Below, piece after piece: positions 26,256-34,841 of a stretch of DNA of 64,000 nucleotides (positions are counted from its first letter, which is position 1; each line of letters begins with the position of its first letter). The notes beneath the pieces are model-generated. The model was not told where the DNA came from, ran no database searches, and saw only the letters and a program-made list of their open reading frames with translations. Made by a program: the position numbers and the translations under genes. Origin of the DNA: a virus (Duplodnaviria > Caudoviricetes); the IMG/VR virus record IMGVR_UViG_2529293276_000003, positions 4,067 to 68,066 of that record, one strand, 5' to 3'.

Positions 26256-27004
26256 ATGAATCCTTTTGTATGAAATAAGTGAGTTTGTGGTTGGTTATCT
26301 CGTTTTATGCCTTGCTGTTCCAACATCATAATTTCTTGTTGATATGCTTGGTAATATCGCATAGATTCATTGACATCACCGCCTAACTGATTATTCACAC
26401 TCCTAAAAGCCACAGAAGCAATATATAAGCCAAGTGCATTATAATAGGCTGTAGGTACAGGCAGTTTATCTGTCAGTTGTAGAGCGTCATTTATCCCCAA
26501 GACAACATGAGCATTGATTAGATAATGTGCCACATCATAAGGAGAATATAGCTGTAGCTTAGTGGGTGAAACCAAGCAATAAAAAGGGATTATTTCATTG
26601 GCTTGGTATAAAGTATCTTGTAGATTTAGCTTTAGTGCTTTTTCTTGAAATGCTTTTTCAGACAGACATTCTAAGGTCTGATGACTTAAGTCATTTGCAC
26701 TTAGGACATCATCTGTTTGAGCATAAACACAAAGCACATGATTTATCATTAATACATCAGAAGTGATATGGTGCTTTTGTGCTTGTTTTAGATCCAACGA
26801 ATGTATCCCTGCTGTTTTGGTGTGATAAGGGATATTTTCACTTTGCAAGTCAAAACGAGTAGATAGTTCTCTTAGTCCTGCTTGTAATAAGTGCATTAAT
26901 CTACTCAATTTATTGGTAGGTATTTTGCCTGTGTCTGTGTCTATTAGGTTTAAGTTTTTTAATTCAGTATTTGCTAGATAATCTAAATATTCACGCACAA
27001 TCAT
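26252..27004 (-). CDS. Head-tail adaptor (N4 gp67-like)
   Basis: 250 aa between TerL and portal, with YYNALGLYIAS and YYQAYQQEI. Confidence 0.65.
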   Translation of the reverse strand: MIVREYLDYLANTELKNLNLIDTDTGKIPTNKLSRLMHLLQAGLRELSTRFDLQSENIPYHTKTAGIHSLDLKQAQKHHITSDVLMINHVLCVYAQTDDVLSANDLSHQTLECLSEKAFQEKALKLNLQDTLYQANEIIPFYCLVSPTKLQLYSPYDVAHYLINAHVVLGINDALQLTDKLPVPTAYYNALGLYIASVAFRSVNNQLGGDVNESMRYYQAYQQEIMMLEQQGIKRDNQPQTHLFHTKGFI

Positions 27005-27014
27005 ACTGGTATCC

Positions 27015-28604
27015 TTATACGATATAACTGGATAAATTTGAGTGAGTTTCTATGGGTAATACATCTTCCCAAATCCCTTGGGTATTTTTTTGATAGTTTG
27101 CTTCTTGGCTTGGTGTCCATATCGTCATCATAGCCAGCTGACTTACTGTATCTATACCATCGTCATGTTTAGACCTAAAACCACCCACAGATGCTTGTGA
27201 GAGCTCTAACAATAGCTCTTTTAATGCTGGTGTATGTCTTTTATCTGTAGGAAAGAAAAACCGTTTTAGCTTAAAATCAGGGACAATGACATTAAATCGC
27301 TCAAGTTTAGATGTGTTTGGTTTTAAGCCAACAGAACCATCTTTACTGTTAGAAGCCAAGGTAAAAAAGATATTACGAGAAAACATTTCTCTTTGAATCC
27401 AAGGGATAAATCCAGCTTGTTGTCCTGATACTTCCACCCCTACAGATAAGGGTGAATACTGACTGACTAGTCTGAATAAATCATCTAAGTTTTTATCCAT
27501 GGTTTGTCTTGCACAAATACCATCAACCCAAAAATAATATCCCTTATGATTAACTGCCCATACAGAAATAAATGAAAAGTCTGCTGATTGTTTTTCACTG
27601 GTTGCAAAGTCAGTTGTGATATAAAAATTAAAATTATCTTTTTTATCCATGAGATGATTTGAGATATACCACTGCATATCAGTATCTAAAATTAACTTAT
27701 CATCATCACTCATAATCTGTAGCATCAGCTCTTGATAAAAACTGTCTACCTTACCCAAAGCCAGTGCTGTTTGATACTTTTCATTGACAAAATCATAAGT
27801 AAAACGGTCTTCCCAAGCACCACGAAACTCATCACGACTGCAAGGAAACTTTTCACAGACTGGATAAACATTAACTTTCCATGCCCCTGATTCCACAACT
27901 TCATATAAAGGGTCATTGGCATTAAATGGTGTACCAAGCCATATCTTTTTGTATTTTGTTGGGTGTAGTGCATATTCAATGGCTTTATGAACCGTATCTT
28001 TAATTGCACCTAATACGGTAGGACTTCTTGCATCATCATCAGAAACCAAATCGTCCATAACAGCAATCTGTGGTCGTTTACCTTTTTCTTTGACACCACG
28101 AATGCCTGATTTACCACCATATGCTTTGACAATTAAAGTCTTACCGTTAATATTCTTAAATTCCCATCTGATGTCTGTAAACTTAATCTCAGGGATATAT
28201 TTCTGTAAAAACTCACTATTTGCCCAACGGTACTCTAAGTTTTTACGCATAGACTTAACACCATTATCAATACTGTCTGTTACATAGATGGCTAAATCCA
28301 CAACCCCAAAATTAGGTAATTCACCAAATACCGCCAAATATAAAAAGAAATATTCACCCAAAAAAGTAGATTTAGCTGCACCACGGAAAATCATGTTAGC
28401 AATCTGTCTATCCCCTGAAACCAAAGAATCAGCCATCTTATAATGAATGATGGGTGTTTTATTTTCTTCACCTTCTTCACCATTAACAAGCTTAATAAAG
28501 TTCACATATTCAATGGCAAACTTACTGGGTACATAGTTTTCTAAATCACTATAATCTACTTCTTGTAACCATTCATTGACTGTTTTAGGTTGTTTATGAC
28601 CCAT
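27015..28604 (-). CDS. terL: Terminase large subunit (N4 gp68-like)
   Basis: FRGAAKST Walker-A-like motif, VMDD Walker B, nuclease motifs TTDFA and KHDDGID. Confidence 0.95.
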   Translation of the reverse strand: MGHKQPKTVNEWLQEVDYSDLENYVPSKFAIEYVNFIKLVNGEEGEENKTPIIHYKMADSLVSGDRQIANMIFRGAAKSTFLGEYFFLYLAVFGELPNFGVVDLAIYVTDSIDNGVKSMRKNLEYRWANSEFLQKYIPEIKFTDIRWEFKNINGKTLIVKAYGGKSGIRGVKEKGKRPQIAVMDDLVSDDDARSPTVLGAIKDTVHKAIEYALHPTKYKKIWLGTPFNANDPLYEVVESGAWKVNVYPVCEKFPCSRDEFRGAWEDRFTYDFVNEKYQTALALGKVDSFYQELMLQIMSDDDKLILDTDMQWYISNHLMDKKDNFNFYITTDFATSEKQSADFSFISVWAVNHKGYYFWVDGICARQTMDKNLDDLFRLVSQYSPLSVGVEVSGQQAGFIPWIQREMFSRNIFFTLASNSKDGSVGLKPNTSKLERFNVIVPDFKLKRFFFPTDKRHTPALKELLLELSQASVGGFRSKHDDGIDTVSQLAMMTIWTPSQEANYQKNTQGIWEDVLPIETHSNLSSYIV

Positions 28605-28683
28605 GATTTACTGCCCCCAGTATTACCCAAACCAAAAAGATAATAATCATTAAAACCAAAACAGTTAGTTGTAAATCATACAT
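28594..28683 (-). CDS. 29-aa hydrophobic peptide
   Basis: Hand-translated MYDLQLTVLVLMIIIFLVWVILGAVNHGS. Fills the gap between TerS and TerL. Confidence 0.45.
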   Translation of the reverse strand: MYDLQLTVLVLMIIIFLVWVILGAVNHGS

Positions 28684-28690
28684 TGGTGGT

Positions 28691-29377
28691 TTATGCTTCA
28701 TGTTCATACACCTTAGTAATCAATTTGGTTTCAGCATTTTGTTTTGCAGTTATCACACCAGCTTCAATCATGCGTCTTTGTTGTGCAGCTAATTCAGCTG
28801 TGATATTTCTTAATGCTTCAATCTCATCATTTTGTTTGATACCCACATCTAGCTCTACTTTCTTAACTTCAGGTGGTTTTAGATGCACAAGTAAACTATT
28901 AGCTGCATCACTTCTCACTTTTTCACTCATTGCATTTAGCATTAAATCAGCTTGTACATTGATTGCTTTTTGATATAAGTCTTGGTTTAGTACCCAAGTA
29001 GGTATCATGGATTGTTCTAGAATCGTATTAACTAACTTATTCTTGTTATACATAGCTACATGAGCACTCATCTCTTTAGCTGTATAACCTTTAGCAATCA
29101 TAGATTGATAACGATTTGGAAAAGTCTTAACAAAACTATCCATATTACTTTCACCCATTAGTTTATGAGTGCAGTATTTAATCGCATTAAGATAATCATC
29201 CAGTTTATATTTACCATCTTGGATTACAGAAATATAAGTCAAGAAGTTATTACGATAATCATCATATAACTCAGGATGGTCAAGAATTGTGTTAATATGC
29301 TCTAGTAAATCATCATTTACATTTTTTCTGTATTTACTAGGTAAACTCTTTTTTAGTACATCAACGGTTAAAGCCAT
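28691..29377 (-). CDS. terS: Terminase small subunit (N4 gp69-like)
   Basis: YLNAIKYCTHKLMG...SEKVRSDAANSLLVHLKPPE, directly upstream of TerL. Confidence 0.8.
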   Translation of the reverse strand: MALTVDVLKKSLPSKYRKNVNDDLLEHINTILDHPELYDDYRNNFLTYISVIQDGKYKLDDYLNAIKYCTHKLMGESNMDSFVKTFPNRYQSMIAKGYTAKEMSAHVAMYNKNKLVNTILEQSMIPTWVLNQDLYQKAINVQADLMLNAMSEKVRSDAANSLLVHLKPPEVKKVELDVGIKQNDEIEALRNITAELAAQQRRMIEAGVITAKQNAETKLITKVYEHEA

Positions 29378-29473
29378 ATCTCATCATCTATTAACTAAGA
29401 TGGAGATAATGTAACACCAATGACGAAGCCATAACAAAAATCATTAATCTATGCTTTATAAGTTTCATGTATA

Positions 29474-29510
29474 AAAAACCCCCTAAGATTTATGTCTTAG
29501 GGGGGTTTTT
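29474..29510. terminator. Terminator after the accessory operon
   Basis: AAAAACCCCCTAAGA...TCTTAGGGGGGTTTTT inverted repeat with A and T tracts on both sides. Confidence 0.75.
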
Positions 29511-29536
29511 CTTATGTAGTAAAGCTATCAGTTCTT

Positions 29537-29998
29537 TTAGTTATAAAAGCTATCAACCATTTCGTCTAACTGTCTCACTTGATCTGCGTATGAATGGTAA
29601 TTTTCTTTGCAGTCATTAGCATCTCTTACAAAAATCATAAGACTGTCAGTAATCTCAATACCCCAGTGCCTACCATTATAATCATAACCAAATTTAACCC
29701 ATTGTTTCTTATCTACATATACAGGATAACCGTCCATCCATCTTCCTGCTTTTAGATAGTTATACTGCACCTTATTATCTAAATAGGCATGATTTTTAAA
29801 GGAATTTTCTACTTCAGCAACAGATTTACCATCAATTAAGAAGCGTATAGCTTCATTAATATCACTAAAGGTGCGTTCTAACCTTTTTTGTTTGCTTTTA
29901 TCTGCCCAATCCTGTACGGATTTATTCATAGATTCAGCAGCACCACTAATGACACGGCTTATTTCTGTCAGTACATTTGCTTTATTTTTATTAGCCAT
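29537..29998 (-). CDS. Hypothetical protein, third gene of the accessory operon
   Basis: 153-aa ORF with a 1-bp overlap with the upstream gene. Confidence 0.7.
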   Translation of the reverse strand: MANKNKANVLTEISRVISGAAESMNKSVQDWADKSKQKRLERTFSDINEAIRFLIDGKSVAEVENSFKNHAYLDNKVQYNYLKAGRWMDGYPVYVDKKQWVKFGYDYNGRHWGIEITDSLMIFVRDANDCKENYHSYADQVRQLDEMVDSFYN

Positions 29999-31113
29999 TA
30001 GTACTCCCTATCTGCTCTTGTCTCATTAGGTATTTGAGTAAGCGTACCACGCTCACTGTAGCTTTCTTTATCCATACGCTCTATGTTCTCTATACGACCT
30101 GACCTATCATGAGTGGGTATATCAACCACATCTATCTTATGCTCAGGTTGTGCTGGTGTAAGTGTCTGTATATGCTCTTGCTTTGCCTTATACTCGCTTA
30201 TAGGCTCTTGGATAATGGGTAGTACTTCATTCTCCACAGGTACATAAGCAGTATAGGGTTCATGAGTAGTAGCTGTGGGTGCTGGAGGTATATACTCTTC
30301 CGCAGTAACATAGTCATCCCTTAATGCAAGATACCCAAATATAGCGATAACTACCGCTAATATCACCCAAATCCATCTATAAGAGCTACCTTGTTTTGTA
30401 GTTACTGTTGCATTTGCATTATTAATAGCTGCAAGTCTTTTTTGCTCTTCACGAGCATACTCATCTTGTATTTCAGACACACTGGGAATGGGTTTCATCA
30501 CCCATTCTTGCGTATTAAGCTCTTTAGTGCTTTCATTACTTTGTTTAACCTGCAACTGCGTAACCTGCTCTTGTAGCATTGCCACAGTATCTTTCATTTG
30601 TTGTGTAACAGTCGCTTGGTTTTTTAGGGCTTGTATCCGTGTTTGGTATCCTTGTATCAGTCCTTGCTGAGTAGTATATTGTTTATTCTGTGAAGCCAAG
30701 GTATCAACGACACTCTGAATCACCCAACTCACCCGTTGAAACATATCCTTATTGGTAAAGCGTAACAGCACAGCACCTGTACGCATCAGAGCATTTTGCC
30801 TGACCCACATATCTTGATAACGCACATAATCTAATGTGTTATAGCCACTTTGGATTTTGGTTAAGCCATCTAATTCTATTGCCAAATGATAACCCTTGGC
30901 TTCATTGAGTACCATAAAATCAATATAACGATTACCCCCTGCATCATCCACGAAGTGATACTGAGGTATGACATCACTTGGTGTTAAACCAGTAACTTGA
31001 CTTAACACCCTATCCACAAACATCTCTTCAAAACCTGCAGGATGCTTTAATTGCTCACGGTAATAATATTTCCACTGTTGCCAGTTATTAAAACGATCAT
31101 ACATCAGCGACAA
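29998..31113 (-). CDS. DUF559/Vsr-like nuclease, coiled coil and single TM anchor
   Basis: FEEMF...PQY...RYIDF...LAIELDG...LLRFTNKD at aa 28-123, Q-rich coiled coil at about aa 140-235, TM at aa 247-264. Confidence 0.75.
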   Translation of the reverse strand: MSLMYDRFNNWQQWKYYYREQLKHPAGFEEMFVDRVLSQVTGLTPSDVIPQYHFVDDAGGNRYIDFMVLNEAKGYHLAIELDGLTKIQSGYNTLDYVRYQDMWVRQNALMRTGAVLLRFTNKDMFQRVSWVIQSVVDTLASQNKQYTTQQGLIQGYQTRIQALKNQATVTQQMKDTVAMLQEQVTQLQVKQSNESTKELNTQEWVMKPIPSVSEIQDEYAREEQKRLAAINNANATVTTKQGSSYRWIWVILAVVIAIFGYLALRDDYVTAEEYIPPAPTATTHEPYTAYVPVENEVLPIIQEPISEYKAKQEHIQTLTPAQPEHKIDVVDIPTHDRSGRIENIERMDKESYSERGTLTQIPNETRADREY

Positions 31114-31490
31114 ATCTCATCATATAAAGCAGAACCCCATGAACGGGGAAATATATCATAATACTTTAGATGGCTCATTTTTTTACTATCAAGCAACCTA
31201 TTATGCTTATTGTAATTTGCCCAACTGATCGTTGCGACAGTCTTGTTTGAGCATTCAATATAGCGTTTATACAGTGTATAACTACCTTGAGCTAAACCAT
31301 CTACTTTCTTATCTTGAGCTACAAAACGCTCCATCTGTACTTCATACTTAGTCCCAGTAACTTGTTTGGTTTTACTAGGCAGTAAATAGTATTCATACCC
31401 TTGATATGAACCTAAATATACATCTGCATGGGAACTGATAGCTAATGCTAAACCAGCAGTAAACATAAATAATTTGTTAAACATAAACAT
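31104..31490 (-). CDS. Secreted protein resembling the surface-adhesin E family
   Basis: Signal peptide ending SHA-D. The pattern YIECSNKT..SWANY...YYDIFPRSWGSALYDEIC, with two Cys, matches Adhesin_E-type proteins. Confidence 0.55.
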   Translation of the reverse strand: MFMFNKLFMFTAGLALAISSHADVYLGSYQGYEYYLLPSKTKQVTGTKYEVQMERFVAQDKKVDGLAQGSYTLYKRYIECSNKTVATISWANYNKHNRLLDSKKMSHLKYYDIFPRSWGSALYDEICR

Positions 31491-31518
31491 ATCCTACAGG
31501 TGTTGTTACTGTTTCATT

Positions 31519-31547
31519 ATTATATATAGGCTTTTGGTATTTATCTA
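31519..31547 (-). promoter_or_regulatory. Sigma70-type promoter of the leftward accessory operon
   Basis: Minus strand TAGATA-N17-TATAAT, about 28 nt upstream of ATG 31490. Confidence 0.55.
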
Positions 31548-31653
31548 CCAATAATTTATTTTTAGTATATTGGACAACTTTTACCTACAAACTATAAATT
31601 GGTTTAGTCGTAGTATCCTGACAGTCAGCAACCAAAAAGTAAAGTACGCCCCC

Positions 31654-31698
31654 CTACCTAAAAGAAGAAAAAGGATTCTTATTGACTACCTAAAAGAA
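31654..31698 (+). repeat. 13-bp direct repeat CTACCTAAAAGAA x2
   Basis: Copies at 31654-31666 and 31686-31698. The core CTACCTAAA recurs at 32818. Confidence 0.8.
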
Positions 31699-31700
31699 AG

Positions 31701-31739
31701 GTCTAAGCACTGGCATGCTTAGGGTGAGCAATGTCGCTC
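31701..31739 (+). promoter_or_regulatory. Candidate early (vRNAP) promoter A
   Basis: GTCTAA-hairpin-GGGTGAGCA-N5-GCTC, a motif shared with 32869-32905, just upstream of the first rightward gene. Confidence 0.45.
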
Positions 31740-31759
31740 GTAATTAACTGGAGTTTATT

Positions 31760-32020
31760 ATGGAACAGCAAGTAAGAAAAGAAAAAGTACAAAGAACATG
31801 GTTAGGCAATGTCTTCCACGCAATCAGTAAAGCTTTTTCAACTGCAGGTAACTTAGCCACTGCTACTGACAGGGCAGCAAAGAACTACGGAGCGTTAGCA
31901 GTAACGCAAAGTAGTCGTGCTGTTAAGAAGCTAGACGCAGATATTCGTAAAGAGTATGGCGTAAGCTTAGCAGAGTTCAACAAAGAAGTTGAAGATATGG
32001 TAGATGATCTTTACGATTGA
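31760..32020 (+). CDS. Early hypothetical protein
   Basis: 86 aa, GGAG RBS, followed by a terminator. Confidence 0.8.
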   Translation: MEQQVRKEKVQRTWLGNVFHAISKAFSTAGNLATATDRAAKNYGALAVTQSSRAVKKLDADIRKEYGVSLAEFNKEVEDMVDDLYD

Positions 32021-32036
32021 ATTCAGCTATCTTAAG

Positions 32037-32075
32037 AAAAGAGTCTAGCCTAGCACTAGGCTCTTTTCTTTTCTC
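32037..32075 (+). terminator. Intrinsic terminator
   Basis: AGCCTAG/CTAGGCT stem followed by a long T-rich tract. Confidence 0.65.
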
Positions 32076-32120
32076 TTTCTTTTTTACTATTAACATTCAT
32101 TCATTTAAGGAATATTTACC

Positions 32121-32390
32121 ATGCAAGCAGTTCAAGTACAGTTACATAATCTAGTAGTTGAGTGTAGTTCAGGTATGTACCTACTCGTTAGAGATGGGCA
32201 CATTGACATAGCTGATGCAGTAGAGTCATTGTTGGAATCTGCTAAACTTTATCTAGCATATCCACCTAGATTCATAGAGAGTGAGTACTACTACTCGGTA
32301 GTACCATTATCTACTATACATCAGATTCACTTAGAATCTGATTGTGGTGATTTCACCATCAGTTTCAATCCAATAGAGATATTGGATTGA
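32121..32390 (+). CDS. Early hypothetical protein
   Basis: 89 aa, AAGGA RBS. Confidence 0.75.
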   Translation: MQAVQVQLHNLVVECSSGMYLLVRDGHIDIADAVESLLESAKLYLAYPPRFIESEYYYSVVPLSTIHQIHLESDCGDFTISFNPIEILD

Positions 32391-32397
32391 TACATAT

Positions 32398-32433
32398 AAT
32401 ACCCTAGGCGTAATGCTTAGGGTATTTTTTTTT
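32398..32433 (+). terminator. Intrinsic terminator
   Basis: AATACCCTAGGC-GTAAT-GCTTAGGGTATT followed by a T run. Confidence 0.7.
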
Positions 32434-32868
32434 ACATCAAGTCATACAAACATAACTAACTACTATCAACAACAATAACCACTACTTACTAGCTAACCAC
32501 TATCACTAACAATAACAACCAACCACTCATAAACACAAACACAAGACACAAATGCAGACAGTACAGGTGCGGTAAATGCACTGAAAAGTTTTAGCAAATT
32601 CCTTCATGCTAGTTTCAGCAACTCATAGCTACTGAAGATATTTTCACCTTTAACTCTTGACATACTTACCTTACCAAATTTAGTACCAGTTTTGAAAGTT
32701 CTGATTCTGATTAAGTTATTACCATTCATCAGCATACTTACACTTACATTGATAAGTAATACACAACACTAATTCCTAGTACAACAGCTAATTAAAAAAA
32801 AATACTTTTCCTTTGTTCTACCTAAACCTTCCCTAAACCCTACCTTCTGTTTCTCTTGCGGTCTAATT

Positions 32869-32905
32869 GTCTAAACCCTTCGGGTTTTGGGTGAGCATTA
32901 TGCTC
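32869..32905 (+). promoter_or_regulatory. Candidate early (vRNAP) promoter B
   Basis: AAACCC-TTC-GGGTTT reads C-GAA-G on the template strand, like the N4 vRNAP GNA triloop. Embedded in GTCTAA...GGGTGAGCA..GCTC. Confidence 0.5.
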
Positions 32906-32936
32906 ATTCAATCATTCATTTTATAAGGATACTGTC

Positions 32937-33176
32937 ATGACTGAATTTACTACTCGCACTAACGCCACTCCAGCTGATCGTGAGCCAGCAGATCATTATG
33001 TAAATGTCTATTTTCAAGACCGTCAGATTGGCTATCTAGTACTTGACAAATTTGTTCAATTAGTAGAGTTCTTGCAGAAAGATGAACAGAATGCAACAAA
33101 GCTTATCAAAAATTGCACAGCAACTTACCGTGAGCGTGGCAAGTCTACTGTTAGCTTTGATTTGAGTAGCTTGTAG
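32937..33176 (+). CDS. ssDNA-binding RNAPII coactivator (N4 gp2 / Drc-like)
   Basis: ADHYVNVYF, QLVEFL and terminal SFDL follow the Drc pattern as recalled. Early position upstream of RNAP1. Confidence 0.55.
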   Translation: MTEFTTRTNATPADREPADHYVNVYFQDRQIGYLVLDKFVQLVEFLQKDEQNATKLIKNCTATYRERGKSTVSFDLSSL

Positions 33177-33180
33177 TAAT

Positions 33181-33210
33181 AAAACCCATAAGCAAATGCT
33201 TATGGGTTTT
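33181..33210. terminator. Terminator
   Basis: 13-bp perfect inverted repeat AAAACCCATAAGC/GCTTATGGGTTTT. Confidence 0.75.
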
Positions 33211-33244
33211 TGTTTATGTTTATTACTTATATAAGGATCGTACC

Positions 33245-33370
33245 ATGAAAGCATATCTTATCTTCGTAACACTTGGATTCTCAACTACTGTATGGGCAGA
33301 TAATGCGGTAGAAGCTTGTAAACAAGTATCACAACAAGGCTATAGCGTAACAAGCTGCCATCCTTTGTGA
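33245..33370 (+). CDS. 41-aa early protein (not in the ORF track)
   Basis: AAGGA RBS, MKAYLIFVTLGFSTTVWADNAVEACKQV..., bounded by two hairpins. Confidence 0.6.
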   Translation: MKAYLIFVTLGFSTTVWADNAVEACKQVSQQGYSVTSCHPL

Positions 33371-33374
33371 TTTG

Positions 33375-33404
33375 AACCCATTAGGCAATTACGCCTAATG
33401 GGTT
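33375..33404. terminator. Hairpin/terminator upstream of RNAP1
   Basis: AACCCATTAGGC-N6-GCCTAATGGGTT. Confidence 0.65.
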
Positions 33405-33436
33405 TGCTTTATAGTATAGACAGTACAGGTTACTAA

Positions 33437-34354
33437 ATGAATCAAAGACAGCTAGAAATACTAATGCACCCTAAGCATATTAGAAGAGATGTTAGTGAAA
33501 TTATTATCAAAAGCTTTAGTAAACAGATAGAACAATCTGTTAAAGCTATCCATAAATGGACAGAAGTATCTGAATATGAATCTAAAAACGCTCGTAAACA
33601 AGTACTATCTACACTGGACATACATAAACTAGTAGTAGATATATTTACTACTATTACAATGGTTACTCAAAAACCATTACCGTATATATCTGTAGCTTCT
33701 CAAATAGCTATAGATAATATGTCTAAACTAGACAGTATCAAGACTGCTTGTGAATTGATTGCATTGCTTCAACATACTAAACTATATGTAATCAATAAAA
33801 ACTACGATACTAGGTTAATTGAATCTCTTGTGGTACTGCCAAAAGATGCAGAAATTACTAAGCGTATTAGACTATCTTGTTTCTTACCACCTATGATAGA
33901 ACCACCTAAGCCAGTAAACAACAACAGACAAAGCGGTTATCTAACCATCAATGATCATATTGTATTAGGCTATAAAGAGAATCAACATAATCAAAGACTA
34001 TCCCTAGATGTGATTAATACTCTGAACCAAAACAAATATGTATTAGATAACTATGTTATACAGAACTTTGAAAAACCTTGGTTTAAAGAAGTGTTAGAAG
34101 AATATGAGCTGTCTTTACTAGATGCGATTGACCAACAAAAATACTATGACCAAACTGTTACCTTTGAAAAGTACAAAGAGCAGCTTAAAGTACTAACTGA
34201 GATAATCAAAGATAAACCAATCTACTTCAACCATAAATACGATAAGCGTGGTCGTATTTATACAGTTGGTTATCACTTCAACACTCAAGGTACAAGCTAT
34301 GAGAAAGCTTGTATTAACTTGTGTAAACAAGAGCTAATCACAGGTGAATTATGA
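33437..34354 (+). CDS. RNA polymerase II subunit 1 (N4 gp15-like)
   Basis: DKRGRIY (DxxGR) motif and NTQG..YEKA, corresponding to the N-terminal half of a T7-like RNAP. Confidence 0.93.
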   Translation: MNQRQLEILMHPKHIRRDVSEIIIKSFSKQIEQSVKAIHKWTEVSEYESKNARKQVLSTLDIHKLVVDIFTTITMVTQKPLPYISVASQIAIDNMSKLDSIKTACELIALLQHTKLYVINKNYDTRLIESLVVLPKDAEITKRIRLSCFLPPMIEPPKPVNNNRQSGYLTINDHIVLGYKENQHNQRLSLDVINTLNQNKYVLDNYVIQNFEKPWFKEVLEEYELSLLDAIDQQKYYDQTVTFEKYKEQLKVLTEIIKDKPIYFNHKYDKRGRIYTVGYHFNTQGTSYEKACINLCKQELITGEL

Positions 34355-34533
34355 TTTATACATTTGATAGGTATAAAAATGTATCAGTAAATGCAAGCAT
34401 TATCATGCTTGCTAATTCAGAAAATGAATCCTACTCTGTTGGATGTTTAATAAATGATGAAACCATTGAACAAGCATTAAACAGACTTGGGATAGATTTT
34501 GATACAAGATATCCTGATTACATCATTCAATAA
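34351..34533 (+). CDS. Hypothetical protein
   Basis: 60 aa, ATGA overlap with RNAP1. Confidence 0.6.
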   Translation: MIYTFDRYKNVSVNASIIMLANSENESYSVGCLINDETIEQALNRLGIDFDTRYPDYIIQ

Positions 34534-34551
34534 CTTATATAAGGAATAACT

Positions 34552-34827
34552 ATGAAAACCAAAGTAGTGAATAAATATAAAGAACCTTATGATGTTTATA
34601 TAGGGCGTGGTAGTAAGTGGGGTAATCCTTACCCTATTACAGCTAACCAAGATAGAAAAACAGTTATTCAAGCATACAAAAAATATCTGTTAAACAGTCC
34701 AGAACTATTAAAAGATTTACATGAACTAAAAGGTAAAACATTGGGTTGTTTTTGTAAACCTAAACCATGTCATGGGGATATTTTAATAGAGCTTATAAAC
34801 CAACTGGATAAACCAAAATCTGACTAA
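34552..34827 (+). CDS. DUF4326 domain protein
   Basis: VYIGRGSKWGNPY...LKGKTLGCFCKPKPCHGDIL. Confidence 0.9.
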   Translation: MKTKVVNKYKEPYDVYIGRGSKWGNPYPITANQDRKTVIQAYKKYLLNSPELLKDLHELKGKTLGCFCKPKPCHGDILIELINQLDKPKSD

Positions 34828-34841
34828 CTTAAGGGCATACC

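Noticed and set aside
14769-30670. Short antisense or alternate-frame ORFs inside the structural, terminase and accessory genes
   Set aside because: Shadows of long genes with recognisable products. No RBS or family signal was seen.
32552-32575. ATG CAG ACA GTA CAG GTG CGG TAA (MQTVQVR), similar to the start of the 32121 gene (MQAVQVQ)
   Set aside because: Only 7 codons with no RBS and no further similarity, which is compatible with chance.
32562-32580. AGGTGCGGTAAAT resembling the Pasteurellaceae uptake sequence AAGTGCGGT
   Set aside because: A single mismatched copy. No enrichment was noticed, so it gives no host signal.
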